This document shows, piece by piece, positions 12,562 to 23,017 of a stretch of 64,000 nt of DNA. Below the pieces are notes generated by a model. That model was not told where the DNA came from. It was given only the letters and a program-made list of their open reading frames with translations, and ran no database searches. Source of the DNA: an uncultured Methanomicrobiaceae archaeon. Lineage in GTDB: Archaea > Halobacteriota > Methanomicrobia > Methanomicrobiales > Methanoculleaceae. Location: assembly GCA_963826525.1 (NCBI GenBank), contig CAWGXH010000005.1, forward strand, positions 160,001-224,000, read 5' to 3'. The position numbers and the translations under genes are program-made. The stretch's first letter is position 1. Each line of letters begins with the position of its first letter.

Positions 12562-12750
12562 CTACTCCTGCGGGAGGATGAGCCAGAGAAGGAGGTAGAC
12601 GACGATTCCGGGAATGAAACCCGTAAAGACGGTGATGACGACCCACAACACCCGGATGAGGTTTGCATCGACGTTGAAGTATTCTCCGAGCCCGCCTATG
12701 ACACCGGCAACCATCCTGTCTGTCTGTGAGCGTGTCAATTCTTCTTCATG
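12562..12750 (-). CDS. pspC: PspC domain membrane protein (probable 1-nt error near start)
   Basis: LTRSQTDRMVAGVIGGLGEYFNVDANLIRVLWV...YLLLWLILP is the PspC signature. Confidence 0.85.
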   Translation of the reverse strand, partial: HEEELTRSQTDRMVAGVIGGLGEYFNVDANLIRVLWVVITVFTGFIPGIVVYLLLWLILPQE

Positions 12751-12808
12751 GGCACTCCTCTCTGTCCGACCCGGTATTAATGCTTCCCTGCTGGTGTTCG
12801 GAGCGCCG

Positions 12809-14084
12809 TTACCCGGCATTGGGAGCGGCACGGTCGCTCTTTCTTCCAGCTCTTCTCTTCCGGGTGCAGTTGTCGCAGGCGCCGCACCTCTCTTCTCCGC
12901 TCTCTTCGCCGAAGTACCGAGAGGATCCTTCTTCGCCGGCACTCCGTCGTTCTGCAGTAATCGGAGAGTGCATCGAGTTTCTTTCGTGCAATCTCGCGTT
13001 GCAGCTCGCTGGTATAATCGCTGACGATCAGCCGCCGTATCCGCCGCTCGTCCTCTTCGTCGTAGAAGAGGATGCAGTCGCCCGGTTCGCCGTCCCGCCC
13101 GGCCCTTCCGGTCTCCTGGTAGTAGGCCTCGAGGTCACGGGGCATGGCGGAGTGAATGACAAACCGCACGTCCTGTTTATCGATCCCCATCCCGAAGGCC
13201 GTCGTCGCACAGATTATCCGCACCTCTCCGTCGAGGAAATGCTCCTGTGCCTGCGACCGCGTGCGTGCGCCGAGACCCGCATGGTAGGGGAGGGCTGAAA
13301 ATCCGTCCTCTTTGAGCCTGCAGGCGAGCGATTCCGTCTGTTCCCTGGTCGCGCAGTAGATGATCCCGGTATCTCCCGGGTGTTGCTGCAGGTACGCCCG
13401 TATCCGCGAGTAGACGTCGGCACCCCCGGGCAGGACGGAGTAGTGAAGGTTCGGGCGGTCGAAGGTTCCGATATAGACCTTCGGATCGCGAAGATCGAGT
13501 TGCCGTATGATATCCTCCCGGACATCGGGTGTCGCGGTCGCCGTCAGGGCGATGATCGGGACGTCCGGGAATCGCTCTTTCAGGAGGCGGAGGTCCCGGT
13601 ACTCCGGCCTGAACTGGTGCCCCCACATGGAGATGCAGTGCGCCTCGTCGATAGCGATCAGGGAGATCCGAACCTCTGAAGCGGCGTTCAGAAACTCCCT
13701 GCTGACTGCCCGTTCCGGGGAGAGGTAGAGGAGCGAGAGCTGGTTGTCGGCAAGATCGGTTGTGATCTGCCGGAGTTTGGTGTAAGAGACCGAGCTGTTC
13801 AGCGACTCGGCTGCGACGCCGCGAGCCTGGAGCTCGTCTACCTGATCCTTCATGAGCGAGATGAGCGGCGAGATGACCAGCGTTGTCCCGTCACCGAGGA
13901 GTGCGGGCAGTTGGTAGCAGAGCGACTTTCCCCCGCCGGTCGCCAGCACCGCAAGGACGTCCCGCTTTTCGAGGAGGTCGCCGATGATCTCCTCCTGGTA
14001 GGGCTGAAACTCGCGGTGTCCGAAGTATCGCTCGAGGATCAGGCGGATCGGAGCCATCACTATATATTGATCCCCATCCGTCAT
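12809..14084 (-). CDS. recQ: RecQ-family DNA helicase, short form (frameshift near C-terminus)
   Basis: ATGGGKSLCYQLP, DEAHCISMWGHQFRPEY, AFGMGIDK, YYQETGRAGRDG, Zn domain CRR...YFGE...CGACDNC. Confidence 0.92.
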
Positions 14085-14186
14085 AGTCTCTCCTGCCCGG
14101 CCGGGACTCGAAAATTATCGCGTGTTATCTGTATCAGGGGGTATTCCGACGTCATCGAAGATCTGCGGAACACAGCGCCGGACTGC

Positions 14187-15013
14187 TCAATCGATGCCTG
14201 CTTCCTCGTCGGACAGGCTGTCCCAGAAGGACTCGATCGCCGAGAAGATCCTGCCGGAGAGATCGCGGATCAGGGACTACATCGGCGGACATGCCCTGCA
14301 GGATCGAAGGCGTCGTCGGTCTCGTAGATCCCGCGGTTGATCTCGATCTGAATCCAGGGTATGCCGGTATGCCGGTAGTGTGCCTGGGAGATGAATCCTC
14401 CGCGGAAGGGATCGTTGAGCGTGACATCCCCTTCGCCCCGGAACTCCTCCCGAAATGCACCGGCGAGTGTCGCCAGCCACGCGGGCGGGCAGGTGACGGT
14501 GCCGCTCCGTGTCGGTCTTCCCTGCGGGTCTCCTCCGTTCCTGAGGCAGAAGAGCGGCCGAGGCCGCTTCTCACCCCCTGCCATGGGGGGCGGATACGGG
14601 AGCATGCTGTGGCAGTCGAGCGCGAGCCGGATGTCTCCTGTTCGGAGTGCCGTCAGGAGTTCCCGGTGATAGGGGTAGTAGTACTTCGCGAGAAGCTCCC
14701 GGATCAGCATCCTGTCTGGGTACATCCCCTCCCGGTAGATGGGGATGCCCTCGTGGGTGAGACGCTTGATGATGCCGTCGGGGCTCATGAACGGGGCGTA
14801 GTAGGGTGCCCGGTTGAGGTCGACGATCAACCGGGCGATCTCGGTCGTTTTGCAGGCTGTGACGCGCTCCCTGAAATTATAGAGCCGCCGGGTCTCGGGG
14901 TCGCCCGTGTAGAGAACATCTTTTCTGGTGATCGCTGTCCGGTCACGCACCTCCTGTGGGATCACCTCTCCCCCGTGGGGAATGGATATCAGAAACGGAT
15001 AGCGTTGCTTCAT
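14187..15013 (-). CDS. N-formylglutamate amidohydrolase family protein (C-terminal frameshift)
   Basis: ISIPHGG, ARLIVDLNR, YYYPYH, LDCHSM, NDPFRGGFI, IQIEINR motifs. Confidence 0.85.
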
Positions 15014-15127
15014 GCATACTCCTTCTTCCCGGTCGGCGGCCGTTTCATCTTCCGACAGTATGGAAATTCCAGTCCCTGTCTGTCGACCGCCGAGAGCAGC
15101 CTTCGTTGGCCGATGAACTCCCTCATT

Positions 15128-15753
15128 CTATGAAGTTCTCTTCTTCGCTCGCGCCAGCATCTGCCATCGCTTGATGATAAACGTCGCGATGGCGAGGGCA
15201 AAGAGCGCATCGAAGACACCTCGCAGGATCGGGTTTTGAAAGTCGGTTCCGATCAGGTTCCCGTGAACGATGGCAAGGACGAGCACGACGTACATCAGGC
15301 CGTGCACCCACCGCCAGTACTCCCGGATATACGTCCGGAGCAGCACGCCTGCGAGTGCGATATAGAGGATATAAAGTGCCGGTCTGCCTGCGAATGTCCA
15401 GAAAGTCGTCCAGGGGCTGAAGACCGGGATGAAGACGGCAGGATCTGCGGTTGCTATGGCAACGGCCACCGGGTGGAGCGTCGGGAGGAGGATGCCGACG
15501 GCGGCAAAGGTATGGTGCACCGCGAGAAACGGCCTGCCGAGTACCCGCCGGATATCCCGGAGGAATGGCGTCATGATCGTCGCGATAGAGAGAGCGAGGA
15601 AGCCCCAGAGGGCCAGGAGCCGTACTGACCGTAGGGTACGGGTCGTTATAGGGCGACGTCAGCACGACTGCGGCTACACCGGCGTACAGGGCAAGGATGG
15701 CGGCTGCGAAGAGCAGACCCGATCGCGTCAGAACCACAGGTCCCAAAACTCAT
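15128..15753 (-). CDS. Ferric reductase-like transmembrane protein (frameshifted)
   Basis: Hydrophobic protein with His pairs in TM helices (FLAVHHTFA...TLHP; WRWVHGLMY...AIVHG). Confidence 0.65.
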
Positions 15754-15797
15754 AGGGCAGGGATAAGGGTTTCGCCCGACCAGCCCCGGAGACTCTG

Positions 15798-16323
15798 TCA
15801 GTGCCGCTCCTGCATCCCCGTCCGCACCGCCGCCGCAAACTCCTCCGGCCGTGCCGAACCGAAGAGCACCTTCCTTCCGCTCGTCAGCCGGAACTCAACA
15901 CCGCAATCTCCGCGGACGGTGTAGGCTTTCCTGCCTCCGCCGCCGTAGCGGATGCCCCAGCCGCCGAATTCACGAATCGGCCGGTAGTTCCGCACCGTCA
16001 AACCCCTCCACCTCACCCCATGCAATCCGGCGGAAGGAGAGGTGCAGCGGAAAGAATCGGTAGTAGAGGCCGTCGCTACGTACCTCAACGGTGAGGGCGA
16101 GCCGGGCAAAGAAGAAGGGAAACCCGATGCCGAAGACCAGCCAGATAACGACGAGCAGGCCGTCCGATGCCGGCCTCGTCCCGAACGGTATCCCGAAGAC
16201 GACCTGGGATATGACGGCATACAGGAAGAATGCCGCAATGGCAAGGAGAAAGAGCCAGAGCAGCGGCTGGCGAAACCGCTGCACCTCCGTAAAGTACGCC
16301 TTCCGGTGTTCCCGCGTAGCCAT
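15798..16323 (-). CDS. DUF6141-like membrane protein (frameshifted)
   Basis: FTEVQRFRQPLLW, two TM helices, YRPIREFGGWGIR...AYTVRGDCGV...GSARPEE. Confidence 0.7.
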
Positions 16324-16417
16324 GTATACCGTTCAGCCGGTTGACGGGATAAGGGCATTGGAGGGTCGGTGTATAACTCAGTGTCTCCCGTGTGTGCTGT
16401 CCTCGCCCCGGGACTGC

Positions 16418-16912
16418 TTAAATCTTCGGGACCTGAAGATCCTCAACACGGCCTGAATCCTGCTCGCGCAGTGCCGCTATCAACTCCGTTATGTTGGGTT
16501 TCTCTGACGGCTCGTAACGCTTTGTAAACATAATGCGCTGGAACTCATCGACGATGATGTTTGCCCGGTACGCGACGCCCTTCTCACCGTCGAAGGTAGC
16601 ATACTCCTGGGCGACCCCGCCGTGCGGCCAGAAATCGGCAAGCAGCGTCGTCATCTCAAGCCCCATATCCCGTGCCCATGCCTTCTTGCACGGCACAGAG
16701 TCGACGCTGATGCCGACGGCGATTGTGTTCAGGGCGTCAAACTCCTGCCAGTGCTTCTCGAGCCCCTTCATCTGCTCCGTGCACGTGCTCGTCCACGCAA
16801 GCGGATGAAACGAAAGAATGATCCGTCTGCCCCGATAGTCCGAGAGAATGAACCGATCGCCGTTCTGATCGGTGAGCATAAAATCCGGTGCCGGTTCTCC
16901 GATATCCACCAT
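16418..16912 (-). CDS. Peroxiredoxin (AhpC/TSA/redoxin family)
   Basis: GEPAPDFML, PxxxTxxC motif FHPLAWTSTC, LLADFWPHGGVA. Confidence 0.9.
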   Translation of the reverse strand: MVDIGEPAPDFMLTDQNGDRFILSDYRGRRIILSFHPLAWTSTCTEQMKGLEKHWQEFDALNTIAVGISVDSVPCKKAWARDMGLEMTTLLADFWPHGGVAQEYATFDGEKGVAYRANIIVDEFQRIMFTKRYEPSEKPNITELIAALREQDSGRVEDLQVPKI

Positions 16913-17193
16913 TCTATCTCCACCTCACAGACCTCATATCCGGAATCACTATAATACCTTTGGGAATGGCGTGCTTCCTGCCGGAATTCCTCCTCGGAGC
17001 AGTTTTGTATCCGGTGTCCCTGCACGGTGCACCCGCGGCTAGGGCGGGAGCACGAAAAGCACGTGCATCCGATGAGCCTCCGTCGGGATCTACTTGAATA
17101 AATACTTAATACCCTGGAGAGCAACCGTCCCGTATCGGTGCACCGGCACGCGACCGGTGACCGGAGCAGCATCGCTGCCGGAGGAGTCCCGAT

Positions 17194-18519
17194 ATGCCCG
17201 CCACCACCGATATCATTATTATCCTGCTGCTGATCATTGCAAACGGTATCTTCGCGATGAGCGAGTTCGCCATCGTCTCGGCACGGAAGGTCAGGCTGCA
17301 GCAGCAGGCGTCGGCAGGGGATGCAAATGCCCGGATTGCGCTCGAGCTCGCAGATGAACCGACACCCTTTCTCTCCACTGTCCAGATCGGCATCACGGTC
17401 ATCGGCATTTTCGCAGGCGCCTTCGGCGGCGCGACCCTCGCCGGGGACCTCTCGTCGTTCTTCGAAGGATATCCGATCACCGCTCCGTACAGCGGGACGC
17501 TCGGCATCGGTATTGTCGTGCTCACCATCACCTATCTGACGCTGGTGATAGGGGAGCTCGTCCCGAAACGCCTGGCGCTCGCCAACGCTGAACAGATTGC
17601 CTCGCTCGTCGCCCGCCCGATGCGTATCCTCTCGATCGCAGCATCCCCCCTTGTCAGCCTGCTCAGTATCTCGACCGAGGCGGTGTTGCGGGTGCTCGGC
17701 GTCAGGAAACCGGCAGGTCCCCAGGTGACCGAGGAAGACATACGGATCATGATCGAGCAGGGCACCCGGGCAGGGGTCTTCGAGGAGGCCGAGCAGGATA
17801 TGGTCGACCGGGTCTTCCGTCTGGCCGACAGAAGGGTCAGCTCGCTTGCCACTCCCCGCCCGGATGTGGTCGCTCTGGATATCGACGATCCGGAGGAGGA
17901 GAACTGGAGGAAGATGATCGAGAGCGGGCACTCAACCTTTCCCGTGTACCGTGAGAGTCTGGATACTGTTCTCGGCATCGTCTCGGTCAAGGAGGCCTGG
18001 GCGCGTACGGCACGGGGAGAGACGCCTGCTCTGAAGCAGATGCTCGATGAGCCGCTCTTTGTGCCGGAGAGCATTCCGGTATTACGGGTGCTCGAGCAGT
18101 TCAAAATGTCGGGGACACAGATTGCCCTGGTCACCGATGAGTACGGAAGTTTTCAGGGATTGATCACGCTTCACGATATTCTGGAGGCGATCGTCGGTGA
18201 AATTCCCTCTGCAGAGCAGCCGGTTGATATGGCGGCCGTGCAGCGCCCCGACGGGTCGTGGCTTCTCGACGGCATGCTGTCGGTCGACGAGTTCCGCGAG
18301 ATCTTCGATGTCGGGCTGCTTCCCGGGGAAGAACATGGGTATTACCAGACCATCGGGGGGTTCGTGATGACCTATCTCGAGCGCACGCCGGTCACGGGCG
18401 ATGCATTCGAGTGGCGTGATCTCCGCTTCGAGGTGATGGACATGGACGGGTACCGGGTCGATAAGGTGCTCGTCAAGCCTGTTCCGGAACAAGGCGGATC
18501 GGTGGACGATGGAACGTAG
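17194..18519 (+). CDS. CNNM/DUF21-CBS-CorC 'hemolysin' family transporter-associated protein
   Basis: NGIFAMSEFAIVSAR, GELVPKRLAL, CBS pair, C-terminal CorC (YQTIGGF, MDGYRVDKV). Confidence 0.92.
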   Translation: MPATTDIIIILLLIIANGIFAMSEFAIVSARKVRLQQQASAGDANARIALELADEPTPFLSTVQIGITVIGIFAGAFGGATLAGDLSSFFEGYPITAPYSGTLGIGIVVLTITYLTLVIGELVPKRLALANAEQIASLVARPMRILSIAASPLVSLLSISTEAVLRVLGVRKPAGPQVTEEDIRIMIEQGTRAGVFEEAEQDMVDRVFRLADRRVSSLATPRPDVVALDIDDPEEENWRKMIESGHSTFPVYRESLDTVLGIVSVKEAWARTARGETPALKQMLDEPLFVPESIPVLRVLEQFKMSGTQIALVTDEYGSFQGLITLHDILEAIVGEIPSAEQPVDMAAVQRPDGSWLLDGMLSVDEFREIFDVGLLPGEEHGYYQTIGGFVMTYLERTPVTGDAFEWRDLRFEVMDMDGYRVDKVLVKPVPEQGGSVDDGT

Positions 18520-18726
18520 CCCCGCATCCCGGAGCCGGTGGCGGCCATTGTCGCGAATGTGACGATGGAGTTGTAGAAGATACTGCGGTCGCTCCGGAAG
18601 GAATACGAAGCGTATTCCGTGCGACCAGGGATCTGCAGAATGCCCCATATATTCTTTTCTCTCGACAGTAAGGTCATATGGCTAATTATTTATCATTTAA
18701 CTGTCTAATGTGGCCTGATTGTACTT

Positions 18727-19448
18727 ATGCCCGCGATAATTACAACGGACCTGACAAAGAAATACGGAGAGCTCGAGGCGCTGTCCGGCCTCTGCATCGA
18801 CGTTGCCGAAGGTGAATCGTTCTGCCTGCTTGGGCCGAACGGTGCGGGCAAGTCGACGACGATCAGCGTACTGACCGGGTCTATCGGCCCCACGTCGGGG
18901 GCTGCGAAGGTGATGGGCATTGACGTGGCGAAAGACCCCATCGGCGTTAGAAAGTCGGTAGGCATCGTGCCGGAGTCGGAGTATCCCCCGAGTTTCCTGA
19001 CGGTCAGGGAGATACCTGGAGTCTGGTCTGCAGCATCCGGAACGTGAGCGATCACAAGCCACGGATCGATCACTGGATCGAGTTCTTCGACCTCGGGCCA
19101 AAAGAGGATGTGCTCTGCAAGGATCTCAGCAAAGGGACGAAGAAGAAGGTGATCGTATCGGCTGCGCTGGTACACGAGCCGAAGCTGCTGTTCCTCGACG
19201 AACCCTTCCTGGACCTTGACCCGATCGTACAGCACAACATGAAGGACTACCTCCGGTCCTACGTAAAAGAAGGCGGGACGGTATTCCTGTCCACCCACAT
19301 CCTCGAGATCGCCGAGAAGGTATGCGACCGCGCCGGCATCCTGTACGAGGGCAGGCTGATCGCATGCGGGAAACTCTCGGAGCTCAAGAGGTCCCAGGAG
19401 AGTCTGGAGGACGTCTTCATGAGGCTGGTCAAAGAGGAGTGCGCGTGA
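18727..19448 (+). CDS. ABC transporter ATP-binding protein (frameshift ~19025)
   Basis: GPNGAGKS Walker A, LSKG signature, LFLDEP Walker B, STHILE. Confidence 0.9.
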
Positions 19449-19461
19449 AAGAGGAATCCAA

Positions 19462-20910
19462 ATGAGCGCGAATCTCTTCTGGCTGTTCATCAAAGAGGAA
19501 TTCCGGGCTCAGTCATCCATGTTCAAGAGCTCGTTCCTCATGTACCCGGTCTTTATACTGGTCCTGGCAGGGCTCATGGGCCTGATGCTGATGTCCCTGC
19601 GCATGTCGCTCTCCACCTTCGAGCTTGTCACGCTGGCCCAGGTATCCATACTCATGTCCGGCATGCTGGTCGGCGGCATGGCGCTGTTTCAGGAGACGAT
19701 ACTGGAACGCCGCATGCCGGGCGTGAGGCTGCTGCTCAACATTCCGGGCACGCTGCCGATATCCAATAAAAAAGTCTTCGCTTTTTTCTATTTCAAGGAT
19801 ATTCTCTACTACATCTGCATGAACGTGCTGCCCGTACTCTTCGGCCTGTACGCCTCCACGTTCGTCACCGGCCTGCACGTCGATCTGCCCCTGGCGGCTT
19901 TGACGTTCGTCCTGTCGTTCCTGCTCGGCGTTTCGATCAGCTTCGCCCTGTCCACGGTCGTCGTGCGGAGCAAAGCGCTGTTTGCCGTGATAGTAATCGC
20001 CATAATCGGGCTGGCATACACGGCGTCTCTCGGGCAGGCGAGCGTGCTCTCCGGTATCGGGAGGGTCGTCCCGACCGTCGGGGCATACGTCGGCGGGTCG
20101 GTGACCGATATCGTGCTATCGCTGACCGTCTTTGTCGTTCTCTCCGCGTTTTCGCTGTACTTCATCCGGGAAACGCCGCACTCGACCGAGAAGCGATACA
20201 AAAGCGACTTTGGTGGCGTCCAGGACAGATTCCGGCTGTCCGGGCGCTACTCCGCACTGGCGGCCAAAGAGTGGATCGATCTTGCGCGGAGCGGAGGGCT
20301 CGGATCGGTGCTCTTCTCCTTCGTCTTCCCCCTCCTGTTTCTCTGGGGCCTGCTCTGGATGATGTCGAACGTGATGACCTTCATGAGCGACGGCGAAGCG
20401 ATCAGCCTGCCGTTTACCACGGTCTTCTACTCCGTCATCATCGGGTTCTTTGCGTCCCTGGTCTACGGATGGCTGAACAACATCGACAACAACGCGAACT
20501 ACAGGATGCTGCCCGTCAGCATGACCGACGTAATCAAGGCGAAGCTCATCCTGTTCGTCGTCCTTAACACCGTCGTTTCGGTGATCTACCTCTGCCTGAT
20601 CGCCCTCACCAGAGGCGAGCTCGCGCTGCTGCCCGTCAGCCTCTTCACCATGTTCATGGTTTCGGGGTATACGGGAGTGCTGACGGCGTACATGACCGGC
20701 ATCTTTACGAACAGCCTGATGTTCGACTACAAGGTGATGACCGTCTACTCGCTGGCCGTGGCGCCCGTACTCGTCGTGCTCATCGTCCTGTCGTTCTACC
20801 CCGAGATGCTGCTGGCCGAGCTCGGCCTCTCCGCCGTGCTCGGCATCGCAGCGTACCTGCTCCTCGGCCGGATCGATAAGAAGTGGGGACGAGTCGAGTT
20901 CGGGGGATGA
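19462..20910 (+). CDS. ABC exporter permease-like polytopic membrane protein
   Basis: 482-aa highly hydrophobic ORF with a two-half architecture, directly downstream of the ABC ATPase. Confidence 0.7.
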   Translation: MSANLFWLFIKEEFRAQSSMFKSSFLMYPVFILVLAGLMGLMLMSLRMSLSTFELVTLAQVSILMSGMLVGGMALFQETILERRMPGVRLLLNIPGTLPISNKKVFAFFYFKDILYYICMNVLPVLFGLYASTFVTGLHVDLPLAALTFVLSFLLGVSISFALSTVVVRSKALFAVIVIAIIGLAYTASLGQASVLSGIGRVVPTVGAYVGGSVTDIVLSLTVFVVLSAFSLYFIRETPHSTEKRYKSDFGGVQDRFRLSGRYSALAAKEWIDLARSGGLGSVLFSFVFPLLFLWGLLWMMSNVMTFMSDGEAISLPFTTVFYSVIIGFFASLVYGWLNNIDNNANYRMLPVSMTDVIKAKLILFVVLNTVVSVIYLCLIALTRGELALLPVSLFTMFMVSGYTGVLTAYMTGIFTNSLMFDYKVMTVYSLAVAPVLVVLIVLSFYPEMLLAELGLSAVLGIAAYLLLGRIDKKWGRVEFGG

Positions 20911-21349
20911 GGTCACCGGGCTAACATCAAAAGCAGTATCATTTTTTAAGCACATTATCACTCGTCCGTCCGCCGGCTCCGGGTGAGAGGGGACGGCCTT
21001 AGAAGAAGGAAACTCTCGGCTGGGAGACGCCCCTCCTCGTGCAGAAAAAAGCCTCGGAAATCGGGTATTTTTCGATTTCCTCGTTATTCTGATCGGGTGA
21101 ACGATGCTCATTTGCTTAAGGGCATATCTCGTGCAGATTCCGAAAAGAATGAAATATCATGGAGTATATTGGCCGTATGAGCGTCGGTAATAGTCGGGAG
21201 ATGTAATGCCCTGCCGGGCACCGAGATCGGCCGTCTGTGGGCGTCTGTGAGGGTGGTAATTTCTGCAGATCGAGGTGGAAATTATGGAGGTTGCAGAAGT
21301 TAACCCTGAGGTGAACTTTTTATCTCAGAAAACATGTCATCTATAGCGT

Positions 21350-22376
21350 ATGTCAAACCTGGCCGTTAAAGAAATTAAAGGCAATACGTACCTCTATATC
21401 AAAGATAGTGTTAAAGTTAACTCGAAATCGCTTCCCGTTCTGGTGTACGTCGGCAGATTCGAAAAAGCAACGCCGGATCTGGTTTTGTCGAAACTCGGGA
21501 ACTCCGGGATCTGAAGGTAACGAGATATCTTGGTTATCGGTTGGAACACTATCCGTTCACCATTCTCGACCGGAGTAAAGCCCGTGAACTTGAGATTCTG
21601 CGCTATTACTACGAACGATTCAGGGAGCTCTATCCGGATGAGAGTGAGCGGTACATGGATGCCATGTATGTCCGTTACGTTCAGGGCTCGACGGCCATAG
21701 AGGGGAATACAATCACCCTTCGTGAAGCGCAGGAACTTCTGGATCACGCTATCTCACCTGCGGGAAAAAAGATGGATGAGGTCTATGAGATACTCAACTT
21801 CCTGAAACTCCGAAGTTTCCTCAGCGAATACGGTGGCGATCTCACGAGCCGTTCATTCGAAAGGTCCACGAGATCATGATGGAACATCTTCTCCGAAACC
21901 CGGGAGAATACCGGAATATTCAGGTCGGCATCGAAAAAGTCGAATATGAACCCCCGCCCGCGATCCTTGTACCCGACCTGATGAAGGAGCTCCTGCAGTG
22001 GTATCGGCAGAATCGCAAACGTATGAATCCGTTTGAGCTCGCCGTTCTGGTGCACACCCGGTTTGAGATTATTCACCCGTTCGTCGACGGAAACGGACGG
22101 GTGGGGAGGGCGCTCATGAACTTCGTCCTGAAGCGAGCCGGTTACCCTACGCTCTACCTCGGCCTCGAGCACCGCTCGGTCTACCTGGACGCTCTCGTTC
22201 TAGCGGATGGCGGCACCGTCGCACCGATCGTCGGGACACTCTCCGATCTGTATCTCAATCAGCACGGAAAGCTTGTGCAGGAAGTCCGGGACGCCACAAT
22301 GGACAATAGCCCGATCTTCAAAGATGAGAATGAGAATATTGTGCGGCAGCTTTCTGCGCTGAAAAAGAATGAGTGA
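21350..22376 (+). CDS. Fic-domain protein (frameshifted)
   Basis: Canonical HPFVDGNGRVGR motif and upstream STAIEGN; N-terminus MSNLAVKEIKGNTYLYIKDSVKV from ATG 21350. Confidence 0.88.
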
Positions 22377-22477
22377 GGGAGATGGAGGAGTCCCCAAGCC
22401 GCGATATGATAGATACTCCCTCAGCAGCGGTCGATCCGATGAACCCGTGAAAGGCGAAAAAAAGGTGCCTGAAAGGA

Positions 22478-23005
22478 TCAGGCGATCTCGACCAGCGTGA
22501 TCGCAAACGTCAGATCCTTTCCCGCCAGCGGGTGGTTGACATCGACGGTGACTGCCGAGTCGGTAACGTTGATCACCGGGACGGTCATCGTCTGGCCGTA
22601 GGGTGTGCTGATCGTTATCTCCTGGCCGACTTCGGGGACTGAAGTGTTCCCGAACTGCTCGCGATCGAGGTCGACGAGCAGATCCTCGCGGTATGCGCCG
22701 TACGCCTGGTCTGCCGGGATAGTGACGGTCTTTGATTCCCCGACGCGCATGCCGAGAACCGCCCGGTCAAAGCCGGAGATCATCTCCCCGGCACCGACGG
22801 TGAACTGCGAAGGCCCTCGTCCCTCAGAGGTGTCAAAGACCGTGCCGTCTGCAAGGGTGCCGGTATACTCCACCTTCACGACATCGCCGTTCTTTGGCGG
22901 TCGCCGCCCCGTGCTCCCCGTGCAGCCGCTCACCATTGCGAGCAAAACCATACAGCAGACCAGAAATGCTGCCGTTATCGGATTCTTCCATTCCATTCTA
23001 AACAC
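22478..23005 (-). CDS. FKBP-type (SlyD-like) peptidyl-prolyl isomerase with lipoprotein-like signal
   Basis: GDVVKVEYTGTLADGTVFDTS, VDVNHPLAGKDLTF; hydrophobic N-terminus ending VSGC. Confidence 0.9.
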   Translation of the reverse strand: MFRMEWKNPITAAFLVCCMVLLAMVSGCTGSTGRRPPKNGDVVKVEYTGTLADGTVFDTSEGRGPSQFTVGAGEMISGFDRAVLGMRVGESKTVTIPADQAYGAYREDLLVDLDREQFGNTSVPEVGQEITISTPYGQTMTVPVINVTDSAVTVDVNHPLAGKDLTFAITLVEIA

Positions 23006-23017
23006 TTCCTTCTATCA

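Noticed and set aside
18520-18677. Minus-strand ORF MTLLSREKNIWGILQIPGRTEY as a gene remnant
   Set aside because: No recognisable family, and it runs antisense into the CNNM gene; not supportable without a database search.
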